Source: Podarcis filfolensis
Taxonomy: Eukaryota
DNA length: 64,000 bases
NCBI GenBank assembly: GCA_964270895.1
Contig: OZ185435.1
Reading direction: 5' to 3' (one strand)
The notes below the pieces were generated by a model. It was not told the origin of the DNA. It did no database searches and was given only the letters and a program-made list of their open reading frames with translations. Shown here in pieces: positions 39,043-51,746 of this stretch. Position 1 is the first letter of the stretch, and each line of letters starts with the position of its first letter. A program made the position numbers and the translations under genes.

Positions 39043-39799
39043 AACTCCCACCATCCCTCAACATGTTAGGATATTTCCGTTCCACCTTAAAAGGGAGCAG
39101 GATGTTTGTGTCACAGCCTGCGCATTTCCTGTTTCACAGGATGTTTATGTTTTCTGTTGCTTTCATTTCTCACTTGGTGTCGAAGACACTGAAGCAGGCA
39201 GTCATGTTTTTTTGTTCTGATCAACGCTGAATTAAACTTGTAAATATGCTCTCCTGCTGTGCATCTTTCGCTGTGTGCATTATCTGCTGATAGAGTGTGC
39301 ATGAGCTCAGGAATGTGGCAATCTATTTCTGGACCTCGTGTCGCTAATTGCTGATACTGCGTGTCTACGGGAGATCGATGGACGTCCGGAGACGACGTGG
39401 AGGCAGTGATGGCCTTTGTCTCCCTGGCAGTATCCCAACACAACATTGGCTACACTGGCTGGTGATGCTGGCAGGTGTAGTCCAGCACCATCTGGGGACC
39501 CCAAGGTTGAAGAACGATAAAAATGTTTTATTACAGAGTCTGCCAAGCCAAACTTTTTGAAAGTCTGAGAGCTGAATGGTGGCACCTAACCAGACAGTTC
39601 TTACTTCCTATTCATGGCAATATGGTTCTTCAGAAACCCCAGTGTTGGGGGGGAGGTACCACCTTAGGTGGGAGCTAGATACTATCAGCCCCCTTGAAAC
39701 ATCCCTCCAGTCTGAAGAGGATTCATTTATGAGAACACGTCTGAAAATAGTTTTCCAACCAGCTCTGAATCCACCTGTCAATATTACCACTTAGGTAAA

Positions 39800-40187
39800 G
39801 GGACGCAGGTGGCGCTGTGGTCTAAAACCACTGAGCCTCTTGGGCTTGCCAATCAGAAGGTCTGCGGTTTGAATCCCTTGACGGTGTGAGCTCCCATTGC
39901 TCTGTCCCAGCTCCTGCCAACCTAGCAGTTCGAAAGCACGCCAGTACAAGTAGATAAGTAGGGACGGCTGTGGCAGGAAGGTAAATGGCGTTTCCGTGCT
40001 CTCTGGCTTCCATCACGGTGTTCTGTTGTGTCAGAAGCAGTTTAGTTATGCTGGCCACATGACCCAGAAAGCTGTCTGTGGACAAATGCCGGCCCCCTCG
40101 GCCTGAAAGCAAGATGAGTGCTGCAACCCCAGAGTCGCCTTTGACTGGACATAACTGTCCAGGGGTCCTTTACCTTTTTTACCTTTT
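39800..40187 (+). mobile_element. Sauria SINE, full length
   Basis: Head GGGACGCAGGTGGCGCTGTGG, tail TTTACCTTTTTTACCTTTT; 13-bp TSD TATTACCACTTAG at 39782-39794 and 40188-40200. Confidence 0.9.
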
Positions 40188-42086
40188 TATTACCACTTAG
40201 TAATACCATTTACCTATTTAGTTATGGGGCAACTTGTCAAGTACTTGACTTATATAAAGTTTAAATATGTGAAAGCTTCATAGTGATTTTTCTCAAGTTA
40301 TGTCATACCACTTCCCCTCTCTCCCATCTTTCCTTTGTAAAGGAATGATAGTGTAGAATCCTGCAAAACCTTTGCACCAACACTTTGCTATAAATGAGAT
40401 CTTTCATCAGGATCTCCTTTTCCACAAATCATTCAATAAAAGTTTTGATTTCCTTAAAACAACATGGCCAGCCAAATACTAAATTTGGTTCAAGATTATG
40501 TAATCTATAAAATAGAATTCATTATTAATTTTAAACTTAGTTTCTGTAAATTCATGTAAAGTCCAGAGTTAAGCTTTTTGAACTCTGAACTTTTTTGGGG
40601 GGTGGAAGGAATACAACTGAAGTCTCTGGACTTTCCCCCCATTATTGTGTATGTGTGTTAAAGGCCATTCTGAGTTATATGTGCTTTTAAAGCAAACATA
40701 GTTCATGGCAGAACTTGAAAGCCTTACAAAGCTCTTCACAAGTCTAACTTCACAATGTTTACTTGGAAATAATTGTTTCGCCAAGTTGGTTCCTGAAAAT
40801 GGACTAGAGAGAATGCCAAGTGTTTGTAACACTGAATGATATGAGGAAATAGACTCTATGAGGGAAAGAGGCTCTAGGGAGATGCTTAATCCTTTTCCAA
40901 ACACTGATCCTTCCTAGAAAGTTCCCCTTTCTTCAGATACATTATCCCCCATGCCCCACTTCCAGCTAGACTTCCAACACAGAAGCAGTAGAAAGGGTCT
41001 TGGACAATTGGTGCATTGCAGGTAATAATTGATGTGTGTGCATGTTTGCGCGAACCACTTATGACTTCCCCATCCTGTTCTGCAAATGGTCACATATCCC
41101 TGCATTCCTGTTATCTCAGCAATGGATTGAAGACACCCATTTGCAGAGATAACACTTAAACTTCCATCCTTGGTAAGCCCTGTCATTGATTTTATATGTG
41201 AATAAGTACATTTTCACAGCAGGTTAAATTTGCAAGATAAACTATGTGCTTGATTTAGCTTGTTTACACTTACAAAGCTAATGCTGCGACCCTGCAGAAA
41301 TCTCATACTTTCTACAGCTTTATCTTGTATGCCCATAAATACCTGCTCTGATACCCAAAGGGGGCAAAGCATTTCTTTGGAGCCATTGGCTTTTGTTCCT
41401 ATTTTGCATTTTGATGAAGATGTTAGCTGCATCATTAACCACGTTATGAATTGATGATTAACAAACGTGGATTCCCTCCAGCCAGAGATTTGCTTCAGTG
41501 GTTGCAGAGCAGTTACCTATATAACTATTCCCATGGAGAATATAGGGCACAGTTTAACTGGGTTGTGGCTGAGGGGGGGAGATAGATTCATCGCTGCAAT
41601 GAAGCATTGGGAGTTGCTTTGAATCTCCTTATTTTCTATTTTATTGTTTTTATACTGTTTTATTGCACTACTAAGCATTGTTTTAATGTTATTGTTTGTT
41701 TTTATACTGCACAAAATTTAGGTATTTTAAAAATATTCAGCAGTTCATAAATGCCATTAAACAAACAAACACTAGGAAAGCTACCACTTATAGAATAATT
41801 TACCTGCTTGTGTAGGAAGTCTTCCTTTCCCCAGATTCTTTAACCAGCCACTGTAAATACCTCTCCATCCACATGCCTGCAGTGGCTAGGTTTATAACTT
41901 CATGTGACCAGTCATATGTTGCATTATGTTCTCTGTCCCCCTTCATTCCCCAGTTCTTACGTGAAAGCATAAAATTAACCCCTGGCATTATTTACAGCTG
42001 CTCTGAAATTGGTGTCGGATGGAGTTAAATGTACCCCAGCACCAACAGCCACTAATTCCCCCACTGTTTTCTGAATGTGTATACAG

Positions 42087-42227
42087 GGCCAAGAATTGAC
42101 TATTCGCCAGATTGCGTTGCTCGGCTTCCGAGATTTGGTCTTACTAAGAGTGAATTTGGATGAGATTCTTCCTCGGGTCCAAACCAAACTTCCACCTTCC
42201 ATTGTCCAGATGCTGCTGATTTTACAG
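42087..42227 (+). CDS. PRR5L: PRR5L coding exon 6 (GQELTIRQIALLGFRDLVLLRVNLDEILPRVQTKLPPSIVQMLLILQ); 141 nt
   Basis: Acceptor atacAG at 42085-42086, donor CAG|GTGGGA at 42228; lies inside ORF-track entry 42075..42278; matches the PRR5L GQELTIRQISLLGFRDLVLL and SIVQMLLILQ motifs. Confidence 0.96.
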
Positions 42228-42910
42228 GTGGGGAGCAATGTGTTTCTTCTTATTAAATGTGCCTTGACTAGTGAGTAGGTGGCCTGGAGAGGTTTCTGTA
42301 TACTATGAAGTAAGAGGAGAACCAGTGCAGAGCAGAAAAGTGCAATTGAGCAATTGCTATGAATGACATAGACTAAGGCTGCTGTCCTAACCCCACTTAC
42401 CTGATCTTAAGCCCCATTCAATTAAATAGGACCTACCTTTATGCAGACACAACTAAGATTGTGCTGTAAGTTACTAGCTACAAAACCGTTTAGTAAAGGG
42501 ATACCAATAAGCAGATTTTGTCTTTCATCTGAACCAACTAAGACTATACCATCTGTTTTATAAACTATCTTCCTCCTCATTTCCCTGTCGCATGGGGGGG
42601 GGGGGAATCAATCTCTGGTACTTTTTATGCAACTGATGATGAAGGATTTTACCCTCAAACCTTACAGTTGTTTTCATTAAGTACCATAGGATTTTTGTTT
42701 GTTTGTTTTTTTGCATTTTCTCACTTACTTTACTCTGGATAGCTTAATCATGTTCCCTGTTCTAACTTCGTAGGAGGATTGTTCAACATTTATTCACTCT
42801 CTTATTTCCCAGGCTTACACCATCCATTTTGTTGCCTCTGTAGCAAGCACTTAAATCCATTTTGGTGCAGCTGCTTGAAAAGCTTGCACCACTCTACTTG
42901 TTCAGCCTTA

Positions 42911-43253
42911 AAGGTAAAGGTACCCCTGCCCGTACGGGCCAGCCGTGCTCATCTCGCTCTAGAGGCCATGAGCCGGCACCGTCCGAAGACACTTCCGGGT
43001 CACGTGGCCAGCGTGACGAAGCTGCAGCTGGCGAGCCAGCACCAGCGCAGCACACAGAAACGCTGTTTACCTCCCCACTATAAAGCGGTACCTATTTATC
43101 TACTTGCACTTACGGGTGCTTTCGAACTGCTAGGTGGGCAGGAGCTGGGACCGAACGACAGGAGCTCACCCCGCCGCGGGGATTCGAACCGCCGACCATA
43201 CGATCGGCAAGTCCTAGGTGCTGAGGTTTTACCCACAGCGCCACCCGCGTCCC
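42911..43253 (-). mobile_element. Sauria SINE, full length, distinct subfamily
   Basis: Head GGGACGCGGGTGGCGCTGTGGG on the minus strand, ACCTTT tail; TSD (C)AGCCTTA at 42903-42910 and 43253-43260. Confidence 0.9.
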
Positions 43254-44065
43254 AGCCTTAGAGGGCTTTTATATATTTATTTTAGCAGAACAGGTCTTCC
43301 CTTGGGGCAAGTCCTATTCAACCCCATTGACCCACTGGATCCCATCCATCTTCTAGGGTGTTCTGTTAAGTTACATTTGCATACCAGGTTCAGTTGACCT
43401 GGGCATTCTCAGCAGGGGGTCCTTTTTAGCTCGGATAGCTTACCATAGCCTGAATCTGCAGAGTTCTAGAAAGAGGTGTACATCTGTAAAGCATTAAGTA
43501 TTTTTGAACTACTCCGAATGGTTGTCTTAAGTTTTTCAAATCCTTAACAGTACTGCATTGTAACATATATCAGGTGGCCGGACATCACCAACAGTGAACT
43601 GAGCGCTAACAGTATGGGAGCCAAAATGGGGTCAATGAGAAACAAGTGGGGTGTGACTGCAATGTTGGAGGAACCCTGAGGTTTGCAGAAGTACAAATAT
43701 TTCTAACCCCAGCCCTCCTTCAAAAAGATACCCAAGCCCAATGATGACTGTGCATATTCAGGAGCTGCAGAAAGCTGACTGTCCATTGGAATACAGAAAC
43801 AGAAAACCAGGCTATGAGGGGAATCAAATGGCTTCTTTGAGCCACTTATGGAAACTTTATAGTATCCCGAAGAGAGTTGGCTGGAATGCTGAAAGCAACC
43901 TGCATTTTGTTGCAAGCTCCATGCAGGATAAATAATTATGTAACAGGTCTTTTTTCTTCATTTCCACAACTTTTTCCTGTGTGCACAATTATATTTCTTC
44001 TGAAAGTATTGTGAAAGAAATATATATGTTCATATGCATATCTGTTGGATGCTTTTTTGTCACAG

Positions 44066-44192
44066 GGAGTACATGAACCTACAGGTCCCAGTAAGGCCTT
44101 CATGCAGTTGGAGGAGCTTGTTAAACTCGTGGTCTCCCCATACCTCGGTTTGTGCGAAGAACACTGCTTCCCTGGTAGTACGTGTGCTCTGG
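44066..44192 (+). CDS. PRR5L: PRR5L coding exon 7 (GVHEPTGPSKAFMQLEELVKLVVSPYLGLCEEHCFPGSTCAL); 127 nt
   Basis: Acceptor ttttttgtcacAG, donor TGG|GTAAGA at 44193; inside ORF-track entry 44045..44344; matches the PRR5L VHEPTGPS...QLEELVK.VVSP.LG motif. Confidence 0.96.
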
Positions 44193-46033
44193 GTAAGATG
44201 CATTGTATTGCAACGCCATTCGAGTTTCTTTCCCCCCAAGATCCCTTCTTAAACCAATGTAACTTTCATCTGTGTTGGTCAATAGTTTGCTTGAGGGCTG
44301 TGCAAAAAGAAAATTGGTACCCAAAATGTGTGTTCTCGTGCTAGTACTGCCTCTGCATTGTTGCAGAACGCGTTTGACCAGAGACAACACAGCGTGACAA
44401 AAGAACTGTACATCAAGAGTGCTGCCTCTCACATACCACTTGCAACTCTCTTTAAGAAAACAACAACTATTGTCTGTCAGCAGCCAGCATGGTCTAATTA
44501 ATATGCAGCTTTGTGCAAGACGGAGATGGGAGAATAAAAGCTTAAATCATCCCTGAGTAGATACCAATCAATGAAGCCTTAAACATAATTAGTTTGTATG
44601 GAAACAGCCTTCATTTTTTTCCTTCTTGAGTCTTACCAAGTGATAATGAGAGTTCAGTATTCACAACCTGGTTCTGCAGGTGCTTAAAATCTGATTTTTT
44701 AAAAATGGTAGCTGAAAAGCATCTTGCCACATATTACAGGTTTCTAGTTTAGTTTCTTTCCCTTCCTTTATCCTGCAAGGGAACTTGCCAAACACCCATT
44801 GTAGTAGTTCTTTCCGGATCCACAAGCCCCTTGTTTCCACAACATCATCAGACACCTGTTGCCAATGTTCTGCTTGATCACAGGGTTGATAGTTTGACAA
44901 TGTCAACTCTATTGGAATTGTGTTATTCAATCACAACTACTTTGTGCTGCTCTTCCCAGCGCCCAGGGCTATGTTGTAGGCAAGGAAATGGGAATAAAGT
45001 CAGATCAGCACTCCCCCTAGTACAATACTGTCTAATACCACCGCTAGCCAGTGTGTCCCCTCCCAATAGTTTCCATCATCCCTGACCATTGGCCATGCTG
45101 GCTGGGGCTGAGTTGCAGTCCATAACATCAGGAGGGCTGCCCCGATCTCTATGATTTCTGGCTTTCCCAGCTCTGGCCATCACTGGACAAGGAATGTTTG
45201 AAACTGGCATCTTGTCAAAAAACACGTGTTCCCTTTGTGTTGTGATTCCTGTAGCTGTGGGGCCACATCCTCGTCTTTGGATGTAATCTAGTGTGTGTTG
45301 TGTAGTTCAGTGGACATGACCCTTTGCCTCTCAACTCCTCCAGTTCTAATCTATATTTCCCCTTCCTTCTGACAATCATCTTTGTTTCCTCACCTGTCTT
45401 TTCAGCCTTACATTTAAACCAGGGGTTGGGAACTTGCAACTCTCCATATCTGGGTAGAAGAGGAGAAGGAAATAAGTTGGAATGGGAAAGTGATTGATAA
45501 GCAGCATAGCAACTTTTTTGAACATAGCATTCCCCTGAGTATTCAGTCATTGGTCTAATGCACCCAATCTTTGTATAGGACTCATGAGTGTGATTCCTAT
45601 GTTGATTCCTATTAGTTCAAATTAGAGCTATGTTGCATCCTCCTTTGCCCATGCCAGCTGATATTCCTTCCTTGAGCCACTTCTGGGTTTTGCCAAAATC
45701 GGTTAGGGTGGAAGTTCCACTCTGGATATAGCTGCATTGTCCAGTCTTTTATCTGAAAGGAAAGCCCACTTAGTTTAAAGCCAACATGGTGTTCTCCAGA
45801 ACTTGCTGAACTAGAATTCCCATAATTCTTTATCATTGAACATACTGTCTGGGAATTGATGAAAGCTATAGTCCAACAATATCAGGAAGGCATCACGTTC
45901 GCTGTCTTTGGTTTAAATTGACTTACTTCTGAATAAACAGTCTTTGATTCATCATTGTTACCATTTGGTTCTTCCTTAATAAATATTTGTTAAGAATAAC
46001 AGGCCTGAGAGACATGGGCTGATCTCTCTAGAG

Positions 46034-46217
46034 CAGAGCTTTCCAAACTGTGTCATGACACGTTGGTGTGTCGGCTGCAATGTCTTGGTGTGTCGCGCAA
46101 ATGCTCTTATAAGGGGCTAGTTTAACCTCTGGTTTACTAGCAAAACTGAATTACTGTGTCACAAAATGATTGTGTCTGAAAAGTGTGTAACCAACATGAA
46201 AAGTTCAGAAAGCTGTG
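46034..46217. mobile_element. hAT (Charlie-like) MITE (184 bp)
   Basis: Termini CAGAGCTTTCCAAACT / AGTTCAGAAAGCTGTG; 8-bp TSD CTCTAGAG at 46026-46033 and 46218-46225. Confidence 0.83.
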
Positions 46218-49200
46218 CTCTAGAGTGTCTGTTTGTAGGACATGCACACCTTCTGGAGTTTGCTGCCTGACTCTATAAAAAAGAAAGAGGGCGGTAAGAC
46301 CATATCTGATTACAGCTGCTTAGGTTTTACACAACAAATACATGCCTTGAGGAAACCAGATGTACTTCTCCCAGTGCAAACATAATCACAGCACAGTTTG
46401 CTATTCACAAGTAATAAAATCATGACCCTTCTCCAGAAGGAAAATGATACAAAGTGCATGCAGACTTGCACGGTGCTGAAATTGTTTTGCCTGAAAGTTA
46501 GCCATGTGACTCTTGGGAAACTTCTCTGCTATCTTTTTGTCTGCCAATAAAACAAGGGATTGGTGTCATAAAGCAGTTTTATGAACTCAGTGGCCTTGAA
46601 AGGACTGTAGATTCAAACCCATCATATTTGCTTTCTGTTTAGAAGTTACGTGTGTGCTATTCACTGTGCATGTAGGTAAATATGCAAAGCACCTGTTTCC
46701 CATGTTAGGTTTGTAGGATTGGGATCATGTTTCAACCAGGATTGAGGAATACTATAATAAATGGATACAAGACTTTTATTTTAATGGGCTGTAAAACAAA
46801 CACTATTGGCTACTGTATTCATTTGTAAGAATATTTATAAACCACCAATTCATATAAACATCATGGTGGTGTACAATAAAACTTTTAAAACATCTTAAAA
46901 TTTTAACGTATAAAATGCAGAGCAACTGACTAACATGGAATCAAATTAATTCAACAACACTTGGTGAAATGAACAATTTCAGTAGGCAATGGCATTTCAG
47001 AATCATAAGCACCTGTCAGATTTCAACAGGAACAGCCTTTCAAATCCATGATGCTAAAAGCCTTCGTTCACTAAGAAACTAATCAAACATTAGATCACAG
47101 TGAATGCATTAGACTCCCCCCCCCCAACGATCAATCTGTACGTTGCTTTGAGACACTTTTTGCGAAAAAAGTGACTAAAAATTAATAATAATGATAAGGC
47201 TAAATGAGCCAGCATGAGTTTTGTACTTTTCTATTGCAATTAAAGTATGTGGGTGGAAAAGATATGATGGGCTGAGTGAGGACTGCTTTCCTTATGTTGC
47301 CATGCTGCAATAAAAGGGACCGCAAGAGCTTAATCTAGAGACAAAGTGACAACAGAGCTAGACAAAGGCCTCAACTCCCCAACTCCCAATTACACTGGCA
47401 TTTTAAGAGACTAATTAGACACTTAAATGATTTCCGCTGACCAGTATCTTCCTTCCTCCCCCATCTCCCTGGTAACAGTTTCCTCAAAGCAATGTGTGAT
47501 GTGACTTCATTGTTTCCAGTATTTCCTTAACTCCCTGCAAGCAGCCAACAATTGAGTATGAGGATGACACCTCCTCATGTTTCTTTTCCCAGGGGATGCT
47601 GGAGGGACGTGAGAGACATCATTAGGCCCTCAAAGCCATTGACTTCAGCATCCCAGACAGCAGAGTTAAGCAATATCTCCACCTATTGGCAGTTATGAAG
47701 GGGGGGGGGGAAATTCCACTCCACTTTTTCGTGAGCGCAGAATAACTCATTGCATTTTGAATGAAAGGCCCAGAAAACTGGTGGTGTTGTATAAATTTTT
47801 GAACACCTCAATCCCCGACGCTCAGGCTGTTCTGACTGAGACAGCGGCTGTCAAATAAACTGCATTTGCACGAGCCTAAATGCTTGGAGGAACAAAGGAA
47901 ACTGGTGCTGAAGACCAAGGTTTTTTCACTAAATTTTCACCAACCCCTCTTAAAGGGTCACGTTGTGGAAATCTTGGGTAGTGTTCTATGTCTGGACTCT
48001 GGAAATCTCTTCTTGTTCCTCTTTGGTTGAGCATATTCAGAGCTGACTTTTTGTTAAGCTTTTGGCAAGAGAGGATGGTATTCAACTAAGTCCTATCGAG
48101 AGGAGACTCAGGGAAATTTATGAACCCATGTTAGCCAGGCCCATTAACTTCAGTGGGTCGACTCTGAGTAGGGGTAGCATTTCTTCGTCTGTTCCCCAGC
48201 TCCAACACCAAGTTCATTTTGCTCCCCACCCCCTTTCCTTTCCCCGCATGATTGCTGGCTTCCAACTTTTACGATGAGTGGATATTTTCTTAATTTCCCC
48301 TTCCTTCCACTCAAAAGCTTTTCTGTCTCCCATTCCCTTTTATGGTTTTTCAACTGTTTTATGACTGAGTTATTCATGATCTCTTCTTTGCACAAAGCAT
48401 TTTCATTTTCTCACTTTTACAGCCTCTTTTTGCTTTTTTATCTTGGTTATATAATGTCTGATGCTTCCACCGCTCTTCCTGTGATCTTGCCTGGATTCGT
48501 GGGCTTGTGTATGAGATGATTACTTCAGTGAGAAGTGATTTGTGGAAATGAGGTGGCAGCTGAAAGTGGAAACAAAAAAGCTGAATCAGCTTCCTCCCCT
48601 CATATTGTTTTCCACCTCTGCTTCATTCTTCTAGTTTGCAGGCCTTTTGCTTGCAGCAACATCTTACTAACCTCGGCTTTAACTTAATTCTCTCAGAAAC
48701 TCATTTGAATCTTAGCCTACTGTGTAGAAGCACCACAGCATTGTACTACATACTGGTTGTCTGTTGTCTGTTTCTCATAGTGTCTGATGTGGACGTGTAG
48801 TTTCCTTCATACTTGTATCTAAGTGGCCTAAGAAGAAACCTGTGGCCCTCCAAATGTTGTTGGCCATGGGAGTTGGATTTCCAACATCATCTGAGGGACC
48901 AGGGGTCCCTCAGCCTGGCATTAGGCAAAGTGAGGCAATCACCTCAAGAGGCAGATGGCTAGGGTGCAGCAACAGTTCCTGCCTGTTCCTTCTGAGTTCC
49001 TCATCTAAGAGGGGCCTGTCCCGTCCCCCCTCTCAAATCTGACCTACTACCTGAGGTACAGGGAAGAATGCTATTCCACCATTGGTGTTGGAAGGAAGGT
49101 GCAGCTGGCATTCCAGTTGGTTTCTGGTTGTGAAAGCTTTGTGAAGACACCATCTTACCATTTGCCTCAGGCTGCAAAATATCCTGAGCCGGCCCTGGGA

Positions 49201-51159
49201 ACTGGATGTTCCTCAGGTGACATTAGTCCTATGCAATAGCATAAGCAACTAACTCAGATAAAGTGAGTGTAATAATTCTGGCACTAGCCAAACAGGAAGT
49301 TACTGGTCTTAGCATGATTCCATGCTAATTCTCCCATCTGCCAAAACTGTGGTTCCAAGTTTCACCCTGCTTTCTATTTTTAGTCGCATCCCTTATCTGC
49401 TTAGCTGAACTTGTTGATCTCTCTCTCTTTGTTGCTTTAGTCAGCCTGCAGCAATCTGCTGAGTTGTCTGGCCATAGCAGAAGAAGATTATGGGTGGCTT
49501 GTCGTAGTAGTGCAGGGCTGTGGAACAAAGCCTGCAGTGTTTTGCTTTTTGCTTGCTCAGTTGCTTCCATTTTGCCATTATTGGATTTTGGAATGCATCA
49601 CCTTCAAGATACACTTTCAGCTGCTTTTTATCGCTGTTGCTCTAAGTTGGAAGGGACTGTTGGAGGCAATGAGTTGAGACCGCCAAAAAATGAGATACAG
49701 GAGGAAACCATTGCAAAATCTAATTTTGAAAAGTGGAATCATATGCTGGCTAGCAGAAAGCATCTATTCGGATGCCTCGTCATCTCATCTGATTTGAAAA
49801 GAATGAATCCAGAAATTTAAATGAGCTTTGGCCTAGAAAACTTGAACAGCATGGAGAGACCTGAGTTTTGTAAGCTGGAAGCTTCTCTATCAAAGTCCAT
49901 AGAGTTTCTCCAACCATGTTTTTCACAAGCTTCCTGTATTTTGGCTTTACCACAGTGGTCCATGCATAGGTAACTTTAAGGATGTATTACTGCAACACAT
50001 TCTATGTGACGCTAACCTTGAGGCTTGTCTGGAGGCTGCATAATGTGAAGGCTAGGATGTTTGTGAGGCCAAACTGCCACCAGCATATAGTACCTTGCTA
50101 GGCCAAGTTCAACGTTTTAGTATTAACATATAAGGCCTTATATAGATCAGGACCAGGGTACTAGAGAGATTAAGTGTGGATCTAGACACAGGACGGAAGG
50201 AACGCTGTAAATAAGTCAGAAATTAGATCATTATAACAAAAGGAAAAAAGATCTGTATGGAAAATCGTGTTTTAAAATTTCCTGCTCTCTGGTGCAGGAA
50301 ACGTGTGTTTATAGCATGTTCAAATCACTGTTTCTTAATGTAGCTGAGTCCTAGGTCACTGTGGTCTGCAAGAAAGCTTCTCCTGCAAGTTTCCAAAGAT
50401 ATTGGAAGTCTGCCCCATAGTAACTGAGCTGGGCTATCAGTGTGGCCACCCGTGTTCTGTGAAGCCATTCCTGTCAAGAAACTATCTGCAATTTCTAGAA
50501 GCATCTGAATACATTTTTGTTCAGACAAGCTTCTCCAGCTGGATAAATAGGTTTCTGCCATGGGTGTACATACTGTTTTTTGTTTCTTAAAATCATTCAC
50601 AGTCATAGAATTCCTGCAGTGCAGGAATCTCAGCTAAATCATCCACGACAAATTCTGTTGGTATTTTGTGTTTTAACTGTTTTCATTTCATTTCATTTTG
50701 TTTTCTTTTTTCTTTTTACATTACCTTGAGGTATCTATGTGGAAGGCAGTTAATAAATAGCAACTGCAACAAGTTCCACAGCAACAAATTGCTTGATTCC
50801 ATGAGCTGGTCTGCAGAGTGTCCAAATGCTCTGTGGTGCTAACAGTCAAACTGTGCATTAGATTATTCACCATTTTAGAAAAGTGTGCTCAGGCCGACTG
50901 CTTTTATTTTGAAGGAGAAACTGCTGTGCAGGGATGCGATCTGGGCCCAGGTCTGCGTCTGTTGAAAATCACTCCCCCTTCCCTTCATAGTTACTATTTG
51001 TCGCTGAAGGTGATTATAGCAAACTGTACCTTTGAAGAGAAAGTGCAGTGGGGAGAGGATTTCTAAGAAAAACCAGCATGGGCTCCCAGTCTGGATCAGG
51101 AGTACATACTGAACTGAGGCCCCACATGGCTGCTTTGGAATAAAAAAATATCCTTTGCT

Positions 51160-51415
51160 TTCACCTGCTTTCATGATACATAACATGCTTCTACTGTCAT
51201 TAACAGTTGTCAACAGGTTTACCACACCTATCAGCCAATCACCCATTCCCACCACCCTTCTGAGTAATACCCCTCCCCACCCTCTCACTATATATAAGGG
51301 CCTGGTGACTTTTGTTTCAGTGTATCTTAAGAAGGGTGCATGCACATGAAAGCTCATTCCAATAACAAACTTAGTTGGTCTCTAAGGTTCTACTGGAAGG
51401 AATTTTTTATTATGC
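51160..51415 (+). mobile_element. Penelope-like element terminal (pseudo-LTR) fragment with CCAAT, TATA and a degenerate hammerhead motif
   Basis: CCAAT 51235-51239, TATATATAA 51289-51297, then CTTAAGA-stem-GAAA-GC-TC (51326-51355) and cttagttggtctctaagg(t)t, the layout I recall for squamate Penelope termini. Family assignment is not database-verified. Confidence 0.65.
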
Positions 51416-51575
51416 TTCTCCTGTATTACAGAGGGGGGTGGGGACCTGTCTTTCCCAGTTGTTCAACATTCCATAGCAGTGGTGGGAACCTCTGGTGCCC
51501 TCCAGATGTTGTTGCCCTCCAGTATCCAGCAGCCCCAGCCAGCATGGCCAATGGTCAGGCACGATGGGAGTTGAA

Positions 51576-51746
51576 GCTCAGTGGTGGAGCGCCTGCTGTT
51601 CCAGGTTCAATCAATGGTATCTCCAGCTAAAGCTGGGAGAGATGCAGATCTGAAATCTTGGAGGGGCACTACCAGTCTGTGTAGACAGTATTGTGTTGGA
51701 TGGTCCCAATGGTCTGATTCAGTACCAGGCAGCTTCCTTTGTTCCT
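51576..51746 (+). mobile_element. Squam3-like SINE inserted into a short palindromic MITE
   Basis: Head gctcagtggtggagcgcctgct...ccaggttcaatc, tail ggtctgattcagtaccaggcagcttcctttgttcct; MITE halves at about 51476-51575 and 51747-51783. Confidence 0.68.

Noticed and set aside
42628-42672. Second hammerhead-like motif (CTGATGA at 42633, weak gaagg/ccctc stem, AAAC)
   Set aside because: The GAAA box lacks its G, stem II is mismatched and I could not assign a convincing stem I or cleavage triplet; it may be a very old Penelope remnant but is not supportable.
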